From Eledone cirrhosa (Eukaryota): 64,000 nucleotides of DNA. Position 1 is the stretch's first letter; every line of letters starts with the position of its first letter. Below the pieces are notes generated by a model. That model was not told the origin of the DNA, searched no databases, and saw only the letters and a program-made list of their open reading frames with translations. Below, piece after piece: positions 13,287-26,914 of this stretch. The stretch is from contig OZ024741.1 of the NCBI GenBank assembly GCA_964016885.1, positions 373,860,001 to 373,924,000 of the forward strand, in the 5' to 3' direction. A program made the translations under genes and the position numbers.

Positions 13287-14553
13287 GTTTTAACTTAAGT
13301 AACCAAAATCTTGAAAGGCTACGGAAAAACATTAGAAAATCTTTTAGTGAACTGGGTCTAAAAATAACGTACGAATACAATCTTAAAGTGGTAAATTTTC
13401 TAGACGTAACTCTTAATTTAAATACCGGACTGATACGACCCTTCCACAAGATAAATGAGAACCTTACCTATATTAATTTTAACTCAAACCACCGACTTTC
13501 CATGATCAAATCGGTTCCCCGTAGTATTTCTCTTAGAATCTCTCGCCTATCGTCTGACTGAGATTTTCAGTGAACATGCTGAATACTATAATAATGCATT
13601 AAGGAATGCCGACCACCGGAATACTATAGAATACATTGATAAGAATTTCCATAACACACATAGCTCTACACGGAATCAAAGAATGCGTAACCGGGGTACA
13701 GAAATACAAGCGCACACACGCAGTACCACCAGACATACTAATAATAGAAAATCATCACCAAATAAATCACGTTGTAGAAAGTATATCTGGTATAATCCCA
13801 TTTTTAATGCTTCGATTAGTACAAAACTATCTCTTTCATTCTTTAAGTTAATCAACAAGCATTTCCCTAGTTCCCATAAATACAGTAAAATTCTGAACTC
13901 TAAGACTATTAAACTATCATACTCCACGGCACCAAACCTTGAAGCATACATAAAAAAAACTTAACTTAAAGCAATTAAACAACACTACAAAACAAAATAT
14001 TTTAATAACAGATGAGCATAACGTAGTATCGGCCTCCCAACCACTAAATGGGAGACGGGTATTACACAACCCATCTGTACTGTTATCCCAACCTATCCAT
14101 GGTATACCTACTACCCACAATAAAAACTGTAACTGCCACCTACCTGAAAGATGTCCATTGAAGAATAAATGCCTAAAGTCCAACATTGTTTATCAATGCA
14201 CTGTTGAATTGAACGACCAGAAATGGTATTACATTGGGTCTACCACTACATCCTTTAAATCTCGCTGGTATCGTCATCGATTCTCAATTAAACATCCTAA
14301 TCACCGTTTTGTGACCACGCTCGCCAATAAGATCTGGCAACTCCGTGAACGCAACCAACAGTTCACCTTGAAATGGTATATACTTTCCAGCGCTAGTGCA
14401 TATCGGAGTGGATTGAAGTACTGCAGGTTATGTTACCTTGAACTCTTTTACATCTTAAAATTCAAAAATAAATTACTAAACGACAGAATCGAACGATCAT
14501 TATACTGCAACCACAAACTGAAGGCTAAGTTCTTTCACTATAAAATAACTTAA
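13287..14553 (+). pseudogene. PLE RT C-terminal region and GIY-YIG endonuclease, frameshifted
   Basis: VNFLDVTLNL..YINFNSNH, WYNPIF, CNC..CPL..CL, IVYQC..YYIGSTT..FKSRW..H..S, CRLC..E. Confidence 0.9.
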
Positions 14554-14990
14554 CATTCGCACCCGTAACTATAACATTGCTTTCCCGCTAACTACTTTCT
14601 CTCAATAACAACTTCTTAACTATATCCCCCACCTCCACACTACAAGACAATACCCTGCTTATCACTATAAATGGATACTTAAGTGCAATTTGTAGCCTAC
14701 AACTATGAACTCAATGTACACCCATCCAATAGCTTTCGTCTGTCCCCTCTCTAACTCTATTTCTTCCTAACGCTCTTTCTCTCTCTCCCTCTCTCGCCCT
14801 CAGTCCACCTCCCTCCCTCTCCACATCTATGAACCTGCCCTCTGTGGCAATAAATAATTCCAACCTTAACTATCAACGCATCGCTTAAGGTTGTCGCTTT
14901 GAGAGTAACCAGTATAATAAAACCCCGACCACAACATTTTGATTAAGATATCTGTATTCTACAAACCACTCTCTCCCATTTCTTCAACCC

Positions 14991-15067
<77 letters not shown>

Positions 15068-15143
15068 TTCTCTCTTCCTTTCCTACTCTATCTTCCCCAA
15101 TAACTTCCCTTAAGGGTATTTACATTTTACATTTTAATCATTC

Positions 15144-15255
15144 TGCTCTGAGGAAACACTGGTAACAGCATTTGATAATTGAGTTTTGCAAATAGTTATA
15201 AATTTACACATAGCATAACTAGGCTGTGTAACCACCGTGGAAACATTTGTAAACA
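15144..15255 (+). ncRNA. Type I hammerhead ribozyme with long stem II insertion
   Basis: TGCT CTGAGGA ... GAAA CATTTG TA; stem I partner AGCA is preserved in the inverted copy near 13248. Confidence 0.65.
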
Positions 15256-15461
15256 CACGGAATAAATTACCTTTTTATGATGTCTACCTGTTATTATTCA
15301 TTCTTTATCTACACTCCGGAATACAGAAGGATCAGGAACTGAGTTTCTTCAACTATTCTTCCATAACTCGTTGAGTAACCCCTCACCGTACGTCAACTCT
15401 ATCCAGTGTAGTAATTAACCATTACTGCATCCAGGTTAATCCTAAACATTTCTTGCATAAC

Positions 15462-15515
<54 letters not shown>

Positions 15516-15610
15516 CCACTCTATTACCCCAAGTATCGAGTACTGTGGTGGGTTATGGTCCACCTGGTTTTTTACCACATCCTATCTGATATATATATAT
15601 ATATACATAT

Positions 15611-16100
15611 ATAGTGAAAGAGTGAAGAATAACATGGTCAACTGTACAAGAAGGGCTTTATTTACAGTATTAACAATTGTTTCATTGATTAAGTTGTCTT
15701 AAAATTGCTACTCACTTGAAGTTGTGTCACTCAGTTTTAAATACGATATATGCTTAACCAAATCATCAGAAAAACTGATGATTTGGTTAAGCATACATCG
15801 TATTTAAAATTGAGTGACACAACTTCAAGTGATTAGCAATTTTAAGACAACTTAATCAATAAAACAATTGTTAATACTGTAAATAAAACCCTTCTTGTAC
15901 AGTTGACCATGTTATTCGTCACTCTTTCACTATTAATACTCCAAGATTAACTTACATAGGAATTCCCGAGAACTCACAAACTCGCTACCTAAGGAAACCT
16001 CTTGTTGAGTCAAACAACGCCGTACGCTAAAACTATCCACAATACGGAGTATTCACAACCTCTAACTGGATTACCTATAACGATAACTTGTTATACCTTA
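15611..16100 (+). mobile_element. PLE pLTR fold-back: about 159-bp arms plus tail, HHR core in the arms
   Basis: 15611-15769 versus 15775-15933 inverted; minus arm reads CTGATGA..GAAACAATTGTT; flanked by (TA)n. Confidence 0.75.
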
Positions 16101-16326
16101 TATATATATAATAAGGAGTTGACGGACCCACCATATTTATCAATGCCAGGACCGGTTGTATCTCAGCGTACTCAATAGATAATGTAAGATACATTCCCAG
16201 AGTATACACATAGTTATTCGCTTCAATACAACACACGTAAAACGGGTGCCTATAATAGTTCCCGGGCCACACTTAATGCAGCAGTAAGGTGCACTGCACA
16301 CTCCGTCTACATACATTATGTAACAA

Positions 16327-16415
<89 letters not shown>

Positions 16416-16460
16416 AGATAAGCAGAACAAGTAAAATTCAACCAATTTTTCAAAATAAAT

Positions 16461-16524
<64 letters not shown>

Positions 16525-17196
16525 TATACATATATATACATATATATATACATACATATATATATACATACATATATATATACATACATATATATATACA
16601 TACATATATATATACATATATATATATATACATATATATATATACATACATATATATACTTATATATATATACTTATATATATACACATATATATATACA
16701 TATATATATACATATATATATGTGTGTATTTATATATATATATATAATAATAATATTATTTATAGTTATATATACACTATATACAACTATAAACAGGAAA
16801 GGTCAGTAGTTTCTTACTACCTTACTACCAGTAAGAGAAATAGCCCAATGTAAGAACATCAGATGTTTTACAGAGCAGGAATATAAATTTCACAATAATG
16901 TGCTGCTAATGTCCTCGTTTTACGAGTAACTATCTGCCTTAATGCCTCTTTAACTATTATACTATTCTCTTGTAATCTCTGTCACATGCATTCCACTCTG
17001 TGCCTCTCTAATTATTATACAATTCGCTTGTAATCTCTGTCACATCCATTCCACTCTGTAAATATGAAACTGTTGATGACAACATCCATATATCTATATG
17101 ATTGTTCAGTTGAATAGGAAATTAATTATATGTCCAAACTAGTGCTCTGATGATTCAATAAAATGTTTTTAGCATAGTTTTGATTATTGCGTAATT

Positions 17197-17540
<344 letters not shown>

Positions 17541-17542
17541 TG

Positions 17543-17579
<37 letters not shown>

Positions 17580-17582
<3 letters not shown>

Positions 17583-17765
17583 CAAGTAAGACCCCGACGG
17601 CTGAGCTCAAGCCGTTTCGACGGCTAATTCTGAATTAGCCGTCGAAACGGCTTGAGCTCAGCCGTCGGGGTCTTACTTGTTCCTATTACCCACTCTACTA
17701 CCCTAAGTATTGAGTACTTTGGTGCGTTATGGTCCACCTGGTTCCTTACCACATTTCCTTCGTTA
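17580..17765 (+). mobile_element. Perfect 51-bp fold-back plus tail; contains the 3' half of an HHR
   Basis: 17580-17630 versus 17632-17682; GAAA-CGGCT-TGAGCTC-AGCCG-TC; tail matches 15512-15590. Confidence 0.75.
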
Positions 17766-17840
17766 TATATATATATATAAACATTCTTTTTTCCGATTCC
17801 ACCCTGCCCGTCCCTTCAATCTTTCTCATTTCTCATTCTT

Positions 17841-17876
17841 TCTTCTGATGAAGGAGTAGCGTCCGAAACATTAAGA
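17841..17876 (+). ncRNA. Minimal PLE-type hammerhead
   Basis: TCTT CTGATGA A GGA-GTAGCG-TCC GAAA CATT AAGA; related copies at 33582 and 58442 (minus). Confidence 0.75.
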
Positions 17877-17899
17877 CCCTTTTCCTGCTATTTCAAGCG

Positions 17900-18090
17900 T
17901 TAATCTAATGTATTCCATCCATTCCCATGTAGAGAGCACTGCGCAGGCTTCCTTGAGAGGACGAGTGTCTCAGTTTTCGCAGTACTGATCTTCATTCCAG
18001 CCATGCAGTACTCGGCTTCAAACCTATCAAGTGTATGTCGGAGATCACCTTCTTTCGTGTTAAGTAACACCATATCGTCTGCAAATTCAT
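17900..18090 (-). pseudogene. LINE RT fragment (RTE-like)
   Basis: FADDMVLL..DL..LDRF..GMKISTAKTETLV. Confidence 0.75.
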
Positions 18091-18159
18091 TAACATTAGT
18101 ATAAAACATAATAATGATATTTTTTTTAGAGAAGGCTTAAAATTTCATATAGCTTAGAG

Positions 18160-18455
18160 CAATGGCGTGCAACAGGCGGCCCGCCAGACCAATCAGAGTG
18201 GCCCGCGATGACCGTTTTTAATTTTTACCTTGCAAACTTATTTAGAATTTTTTCGTAACCGAATACAATTTTCTGTTAGTTGACCTATAGTAGAGGACTT
18301 CACTGATAGGGTTATGTGTTATAATTTCCTAGTTCCATGTTATGGAAAGAAGTTGTGGTGAATCTTTGGAATAGAGCTTAAGAAATATTAATGGCCCTAA
18401 TAGTTGTTCCAATGTTCAAAAGTGGCCCGCCAATGGAATATGTTGCACACCCCTG
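18160..18455 (-). mobile_element. hAT MITE, same family as 9002
   Basis: 8-bp TSD GCTTAGAG on both sides; inverted match to 9002-9317. Confidence 0.85.
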
Positions 18456-18811
18456 GCTTAGAGTCTCTGCAGATGAAAGTCTGGCCCTGCTTATATGTCA
18501 TATGTCTGTTGGATTACATGTTGAAAACATAGTGAGAAAGAGATAAAAATCAAACTGAAGCCTTAACCATACAAAGAGTATTTGAAAGCATATCATTTAA
18601 CCAAGTCTTATTTTATTTTACGTGAGGTCCATCATAGATTGTGCGAATCATAATATAATAAAAGGAGGAATGCGGGACTGTGCCCTGAATATACTTTTTT
18701 ATCCCGTAAGTAAAATAAGTTGGATTACTTTGAATAGATAATGAATGAATATTACATAATTTATCTACTAAATTTCGTAGCTGTTGATTAAACATAAATA
18801 TTCTTATATAT

Positions 18812-18996
18812 AATTGTTTCTACTTTAGGCACAAGGCCAGCAATTATCCAGTGCATTACTGGTACTTTATTTTATCGACCCCGTAAGGATGAAAGGCAAA
18901 GTGAACCTCGGCGGGATTTGAACTCAGATCGTAAAGGGACGTAACTATGCTGGAAAGCATGGCGTCCGACCCTCTACCGATACTGCCAATCCACCG
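18812..18996 (-). mobile_element. Young short-tail SINE (internal-deletion subfamily)
   Basis: Near-identical to 28180-28368 and 45120-45298. Confidence 0.85.
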
Positions 18997-19687
18997 TATA
19001 TATAATGATTGCTTATTTTAAGATTCACTTCTTCGGGTGGTTTTCTGCTAGTTCATAATAAATCATTTAAAAAACTAAAGTACACAACATCATGATACTT
19101 CGCTGAACAAGAAAGACAGATCACTGAGTACATTCACAATAGAAAAAAATACTTAAAACGGACATTGAAGGGTACAGCTTTCATTGTTACAAAGTCACGG
19201 TAGAATTTACACACAAACACTCTGACGTATTTATTACAACTCCATATTACGTACATTATTCATCTTACGTAGTTCAGATAAATAGATACATACATACAAA
19301 ACTAGTAGCAATATCAATTACGTCACTGACAAGCAAAACTGTGCTGCCCAGTTCTAAATATAGAATATCAAGTGTCACGTTCTATTTGTCAGCGCCATAT
19401 TACCTAACTTCAGTGAGGCCATCACCAGAATCTAGAAACCTGTAGGAGTAGGAAGGACAATAAAGACAAAAGCAGCATAGCCAGGTCAGATGGTGTAATA
19501 ATATACCCTATACATGAACCAGGCAGAAATACAGTATATCTAACCTATAGTATAGTATATCTGGAATTGGCTTGCCATATCATAAAAACATAGGACAAGA
19601 TTTTCAAAATGTAGCAGATTGTATTAGAAAGTAACCTCAAATGATAAAATGACACACACACACACACACATACATACATATACATGA

Positions 19688-19773
<86 letters not shown>

Positions 19774-19853
19774 ATATATATACATACATACACACACACA
19801 GACACACATATATATATATACATACACACACACACACACATATATATATACAT

Positions 19854-19886
<33 letters not shown>

Positions 19887-20040
19887 AATATATTTATTAA
19901 AATAACAGATTAAAGTTTAAGCAAAGAATCGCTGCTTTCACCCTTAACGGGATCTTCTGAAACTAACAAAGTCAATCTGTGAACGCAGAAGTGAATATTT
20001 CAAAAAACGTTGCAACCGCAGGAAGACAGGAAGACGATAC

Positions 20041-20311
20041 TTTGGTTCGTGGAAACGTTCCCTGGCAAAGAACGGAAAAAAACGAATATAATACGTCATT
20101 ATTTGGAGCGGTGAAAACAATTACACGCAAAGACAGAACCACGTTTATGGTATAAATGAAGCCGTAGACTAATATTCTATTAGGTGGTTCACAGAGACGG
20201 TCTCTGGCAATGAACGGAAAAAACGAAGAGAATACGTCATATGTGGAGCGGGGAGAACAATTGCACGCAAAGACAAAACCACGTAAATGGTATAACTGAA
20301 GTCGTAGACAA
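20041..20311. repeat. Diverged tandem duplication of about 135 bp
   Basis: TGGTTC..CTGGCAA.GAACGGAAAAAA..AATACGTCAT..CACGCAAAGACA..GTAGAC occurs twice. Confidence 0.8.
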
Positions 20312-21104
20312 GAATTCTAACTAACCGAATGATTCTCGGCTTCAGAGTTAAGAATAAAGTAAATAAAATACAGAGGTAATTGAAATTAAATAAATACATA
20401 CACGCATCCATAAACGTACATACACAAGCATACGCGAAAACACTCGCCATAGGTATACAAATACACGCACGTACACAAAAAAAAACAAAAAAACCCGCAC
20501 GTACATACAGAACCCATGCAACGACTGTACCAGCACGCATACGAATGTATACACCAAATACACATAAAATATATATAAATATATATATATGTGTGTGTGT
20601 GCGTGTATACATATAATTAAATAAACGTATATAAATAAATAAATACGTATATAACGCACACACACACATACCTACATGTAAATACACATATGTTCGGAGA
20701 CGACGTCAACCAAAACACGAAGTACACATATACACCCACCCTACATACGTACGAACCCGCATACTCACACAGACGCAAAACTCACGTATACACATAACCA
20801 AATGCATATGCACCAGAATATAGAATATATACGCCATAACATATACAATCAAATATACGTACGAGAAAGTATACGTACCTTCACAAAACATATAGGTAAT
20901 ATATACTTACCTATACAAACTAACAAAATTAAAGATGCCATGTCTGAGAAGATCAGAAACATGCGATATACCACCTGTAGAAGAAGCTCAATGATTCTAA
21001 GGAATAAATCCGAACATTTATTAGTGTTTTACACTCTTCACAAATTATCCCTTGTCAATGTTTGATATATATCAACTAGAAATTGATTGACATATATATA
21101 TATC

Positions 21105-21808
21105 TAAAATAAACATACGAAACAATCACAAGGAATAATTTGTAAAAGTGTGTAAGCACACATAGCTAGGTAGGTAACTAATTAAAGTTTAACTAGAACG
21201 TTAAATATAGATACCATATAAATTGATTAATCTTCCTTGTATATATTTCATTAAAGAAATATATTTCACCATCAACCGATCGGTAAACCACAGTAGCCAA
21301 ATCCCGGATTTTCAACAAGGGAGAAGATTTAACTATCTATGTTTACACAGCAAATTCAAATCTGCGAATGACTAGCAGCACGTGTTGCATTTTCTAAAAA
21401 TACACATATCGTATTAGCTTCATCCCAGAAATAGCAGCCGAGTCCTTTCAACTGGGATGGAGCTGGTACGATGTGTGTATTCAACTGGGATGAAACTGGT
21501 ACGATGTGTGTATTTTTAAAAAATGCATCACGTGCTACTAGTCATTCGCAGATTTGAATTTGCTGTGTAAACACAAATAGTTAAATCTTCTCCCTTGTTG
21601 AAAATCCGGGATTTGGCTACTGTGGTTTACCGATCGGTTGATGGTGAAATATATTTCTTTAATGAAATATATACAAGGAAGATTAATCAATTTATAAGGT
21701 ACCTATATTTACAGTTCTAGTTAAACTTTAATTAGTTACCTACCTAGCTATGTGTGCTTACACACTTTTACAAATTATTCCCTGTGATTGTTTCATATGT
21801 TTATTTTA
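21105..21808. repeat. Fold-back with about 320-bp arms between (TA)n tracts
   Basis: 21105-21428 versus about 21484-21808 inverted; a 31-bp duplication at the junction. Confidence 0.85.
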
Positions 21809-21830
21809 TATATATATATATATATATATT

Positions 21831-22416
21831 TCGTTTCTGAATTTGTTTAGCAAGATTCTTTATCTGAAAACGTGTGTTGAAACCGATATTGTTATACTTT
21901 GGGAGGGTCATGTTGCCAATAAGAAACACACGCACCAGTTGCTTTCACTTCAATTTATTATAATAAATTTATAAATTTAGGAATTTATAAATTTCCGGTT
22001 GGTTGGTTGGTTCCACAACCAGACGATTATTCATATATTGTCAAAGTTCTTTCGTAACATATTCTGTGACCTCTTCAGTGACTGGGGATTCTTTTCTTTG
22101 TTTTTGTGCCTCTCCTTTGTTCTGTCCTAACCATCTTGTTTTTGTGTGTGTTGTGTGCTTAGTTTGCGCATGTGTTACATCCGGGTGTCTGTGTGTGTTT
22201 ATATTTGTGTATTTATTTGTTTATTTACATGTTACTGGTTGGTTGTTTGTTCTATGTGTGTGTGTGTTTTCATTTTGTCCGTAATTGGAACCAACCAACC
22301 AACCGGAAATTTATAAATTCCTAAATTTATAAATTTAATTTATAATAAATTGAAGTGAAACAACTGGTGCGTGTGTTTCTTATTGGCAACATGACCCTCC
22401 CAAAGCATAACAATAT
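21831..22416 (-). mobile_element. PLE family A pLTR fragment with tail and inverted arm
   Basis: 21886-22015 versus 22286-22416 inverted; homologous to 26999-27280 and 48060-48390. Confidence 0.8.
22040..22082 (-). ncRNA. Minimal hammerhead (family A)
   Basis: Minus strand GTCA CTGAAGA G GTCAC..GTTAC GAAA GAAC TT TGAC. Confidence 0.65.
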
Positions 22417-22965
22417 ATATACATACTACACTGCCAATACAGATGAACAAGGCAACAACACACACACACATCACACACACTCAAGCGAGACAACAACACA
22501 CACACAGTAACATTTAACAAACAGGCAGAGAATGGACTGACAGCTAGCGCCATCCCACTCCCTCATTCGGCCGCTGACCTCTGTACGACCGACCTCATTT
22601 CACGCGCACGCGCGCTCTGCCGAATACCTCAGATATTCAAAACAACAAACAGCGAAAGACGCGTTCCGGACTTGTCCGACAGACAACCTTTTCCCCCACC
22701 CCGGAAAAAAACCCCAGTTGATGGATGTGAATCCGAAATATATAGGGACTATTAAATCTCTCCCAAGGTAACTCTCTCTTGTGTTGTTATTTTTATTTTT
22801 ATCCTTTATACTCTTCCCTTCATTCTACACATCTCACACATCTTATACACACCACGCATCTCAACGTACACCCACTTACATCTCTCTCTCCACCACCAGA
22901 CCTTGTTACCCGGAGATTTACCCATTTGCATTGTCGAGGCTTCCAAACGACTTAAAGATATTTAC

Positions 22966-23105
<140 letters not shown>

Positions 23106-23218
23106 CAATCAATTTCTAGTTGATATAAAATGCTCGGATCTATTCATTGGAATCTTGGAGCATATTCTAGAGTGGATATGGTGCATGTCTCTCTGACATG
23201 ACACCCTGAATTTAATTT

Positions 23219-23263
<45 letters not shown>

Positions 23264-23447
23264 GATCGAGTATCGAAAAATCGGCGCACGAGTTCACGAT
23301 AAACGAAATTCGATATGAGCGGCAGAGGGCTCAATAAATCGTATATATATATATATATATATGATTGTCGGATTACAGTTTGCGTTCGCCTGTGTTTGGT
23401 GTAGATTTGTTTACGTTAAAGTTAAGGCCATTGGCCATTGACGGTTA

Positions 23448-23514
<67 letters not shown>

Positions 23515-24004
23515 ATTGTTGTAAGTTAGTTATAATTAACTTAGTTTATTTAATACGATATTTGATGGGATTCTTACATTTAAAAATTATATTTTTGAAG
23601 TAAAAAGTAGCTAAATTGTTAAAAATAGTAGCGTGCAGTGGTGAAATGTGTAATGTCCTACTTGTATTACGTTAGATCCACCTCGACGACAAGAATAACA
23701 AAGTAAATCCTCTATTCTATTATGAATAAGCTCATTATTTCTTTTTAAATATCTAAACAAGTAAAAAAAAGTAGAAGGAATCTATTGGAGTAAAAATAGT
23801 TTCGGATAAAAATAAGAAAAGCTGGTAGAGATATTTAAAAAGTCAGATGTCAGCCATTACCGACATCATTGTAATATCATTGGAAAACTATTGTCAAATA
23901 TTTCCATTGAAGAATACATATTTTGCATGTTCGTGAAATTGATTTGTAAAAGACGAACAAAATGATATGAGAGATTTTAGAAAATTTTATTTCGAGCTCA
24001 CTGA

Positions 24005-24415
24005 AGGACTGGCAGAGCTGGAGAGCTCCAAAGAAACTACTTTGCAGTATTTGTTCCGGTTCTTTACTTTCTGAGTTCAAATCCTGCTGAGGTCAACTTT
24101 GCCTTTCATCCTTTCAGAGGTGAGCTTTACTTTTTATCCTTTCGGAGTCGATAAAATAAAGTACCATTGAAGAACTGGTGTCGATATAATTGACTAACTG
24201 TTCACCCCAAATTTCTGGACGTGTACCTATTGGCACAATGCTAACCATTTGGGGGAAAGAGAAAGTGGATTATAACGACCTCAGTACTTAATTGGTACTT
24301 TATTTCATCAAGTCCGGAAGGATGTAAGACAAAGTTAACCTCAGTATGATTTGAACTCAATACCTAGGTCGTAACTAAATTTCACATAGCTCTACGAATG
24401 CTGCTACTCCACCGC
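24005..24415. mobile_element. Two tail-to-tail SINEs
   Basis: Plus copy about 24005-24230, minus copy about 24230-24415. Confidence 0.7.
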
Positions 24416-25052
24416 TAACCCTGCGTCTAAATTAGAAAGAATTTATTAGCTGACTAGCAATACTAAGCTGTGTCAATGGAGATTTATAGAAACTGATACA
24501 GCTTTTGATATGTATCTGTAGATAGGTTCTAACACTGACAATACTTAATAAGCATTGTCATTGGATCTATTACAACGTTATGGCTGCCTGTGTGAAAAGT
24601 AGACAATTTTATAGCAATAAATAACGTTTATTTTTTTATGTTGGAAGATACGGTGAAGGATTTCACTGATTGAAGAGTTTGATGTCTGGCAAAAAAGTGC
24701 TTGATATCGGTAAACAGGATGTTGAATTAGAAGAAGTGGTGGATTGTGACGGTCACAAATTAGTATCATGTATAGCCTTAATTTACATCTGAATACAGGC
24801 ACTGCTAATAAACATTTAATATGATACGAACGTTAGTGGAGGTTCTTTGAACAAATACTCTTCAAACACATGTACATAACAGGTCTTGATATAAATGTTA
24901 TACTAGTTCCGTGTTTAACTACGATCTTTCTGGAGATAACAGTAATAGAGTTGTGTTGAATCAATCACCTATAATCTCTCCCCTTACACGCAGAAAATAC
25001 TGCTCCCTTTCTTTCTGGGTAAAAGGGGTAGAAGAAATAGGAAGATCTAACC

Positions 25053-25401
25053 CAGTGATTCTCGACGTGGGCCCTTAGGCCCACAAGTAGGCTTGAGGAA
25101 TTATTCAAATGGGCCAGGAGTTGTCCCAAGGAAAATATGTGGGCTTTGAAATTCTAATTCTTTTCCACTGGTGTAAAATTATCAAAACACAAACTGCCTT
25201 GCTTTATTTTTAAAGGCAAATAATTCAGGAATGATTTAAATAGTTTTCTTCTTATATTAAATTATATTTTTAAATTGATAGGAAACATTTTTTTTTTTTT
25301 GTATTTTCTGTTACATGGAATTTCTATTTGTGCTTATGTGAGCCTGAAACTTTTTTGACACCCAAAATAGACCACAAGGAAGAAAAGGTTAAGAGACATT
25401 G
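25053..25401. mobile_element. hAT (Charlie-like) MITE
   Basis: CAGTGATTCTC ... AAGAGACATTG; TSD ATCTAACC/ATCTAATC. Confidence 0.75.
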
Positions 25402-25860
25402 ATCTAATCTGTCATTCACGCCTTTCTCGAAAGTATTGACAACGTAAATCCGCTGGGATTTGAAAGTATTTCAAATTCTGCGTTAGCATACAAAATGAGG
25501 TGGGGAGAAAAAATTTAACGACAAAAGTAAAGAAAGGGTGAGAACATTACAGACTGTATACCACAGTGCAGGCGACATGTCTCAGCTGCATCCCGCAGAC
25601 AAAATGGCGAAGGTATTTCCACGGAGAACAGTCAGCAACGCTCACGGCATCGTCCACTCTACCACATGGGGTTTCTTCCTCAGGCGGGATGCACTCCTCC
25701 CGATTTTGCAGAGGAAAATGGCAGTTCGGGCACTGAGGTCACCCGAGGTTTTGACAAGCAAACGGCACGAAAAGAAGGCGGCCGATCAAGTTGTTCTTGT
25801 TTGCGTTAATACATATGCTCTTGCTCTCTCTCTCTCTCTCTCTCTAAATATATATATATT

Positions 25861-26134
25861 AATAAATGGAAAATATCTTTATAATGCCATATTTATTTTA
25901 TTATACTTATTTCAAGGACACAAAATTTTAGTGAGCTTTCATCAGATAAAATATAAAACACTAAAATGTTGTATCCTTGAAATACGTATAATAAAATAAA
26001 TATGGCATTATAAAGATATTTTCCATTTATTGATATTGTTAATATTAATAATACTCCAGACAAATGTAGAGTGGTTCAAACCTGTTATAAAATTAACTTT
26101 GTTGAATGATAATCAACAAACCATATAACTCATT

Positions 26135-26138
<4 letters not shown>
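25861..26138. mobile_element. PLE family B fold-back with HHR on the minus arm
   Basis: 25861-25932 versus 25958-26031 inverted; minus strand TTAT CTGATGA AAG..CTT GAAA. Confidence 0.7.
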
Positions 26139-26225
<87 letters not shown>

Positions 26226-26292
26226 CTCCAACCGTTAAGGTTGTCTTTTTCCGGGTATGTCAATATATTTATTTATAAAACAAATGTGTATT

Positions 26293-26350
26293 TTATCTGA
26301 TGAAAGCGCACCATAATTTGCCTTGGTTGCCCTTGAAATATATATCATAA
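26293..26350 (+). ncRNA. Hammerhead (family B)
   Basis: TTAT CTGATGA AAG..CTT GAAA TATATA TC ATAA. Confidence 0.7.
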
Positions 26351-26409
26351 AATAAATATGGCTTTATAAATATAGTTTCCATTTATTAATATATTGTATA
26401 TATATATAT

Positions 26410-26886
26410 ATTGTTATACTTGAGGAGGGTCATATTGTTGTAATAATATTGCCAGAAATAATAACAGAACACACTCACTGTTTGGTTGGTTTTCGCTTCT
26501 GTATCTTTTATATCTCCACAGTTAATTCATTTGGTCCTCAATGTTTATCATTGAGGGCCATAGACATACAATACAACAGGAGGAACATAATAGTACCACT
26601 GATGATGTTGCAGATGTGCAACGAAAGAACTTTGTTAGACTATATATATGTGCTTGTATCTGTATTTTTTACCGTTGATCAGTCAATGATAAACATTGGG
26701 GACCAAATAAATTAACTGTGGAGATATAAAAGATACAGAAGCGAAAACCAACCAAACAGTGGGTGTGTTCTGTTATTATTTCTGGCAATATTATTACAAC
26801 AATATGACCCTCCCCAAGTGTAACAATATTTGTTTCGACACACGATTTCATATAAAAAACCTCGCAAAACAAATTCATCGCCGTCA
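26410..26886 (+). mobile_element. PLE family A: inverted arm, forward pLTR with HHR (26597-26634), tail
   Basis: 26410-26553 versus about 26683-26829 inverted; CTGATGA T GTTGCA-GATG-TGCAAC GAAA GAACTT. Confidence 0.8.
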
Positions 26887-26914
26887 TATATATATACATA
26901 TATATATATATATG

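Larger units (their letters stand above)
13196..15465 (+). mobile_element. 5'-truncated Penelope-like element with inverted pLTR fragment at the 5' end
   Basis: RT C-terminus plus GIY-YIG; 13196-13266 is the reverse complement of 15237-15307; flanked by (TA)n. Confidence 0.9.

Noticed and set aside
15611-15933. A-to-I editing signature between fold-back arms
   Set aside because: The roughly six mismatches are of mixed types, consistent with neutral decay
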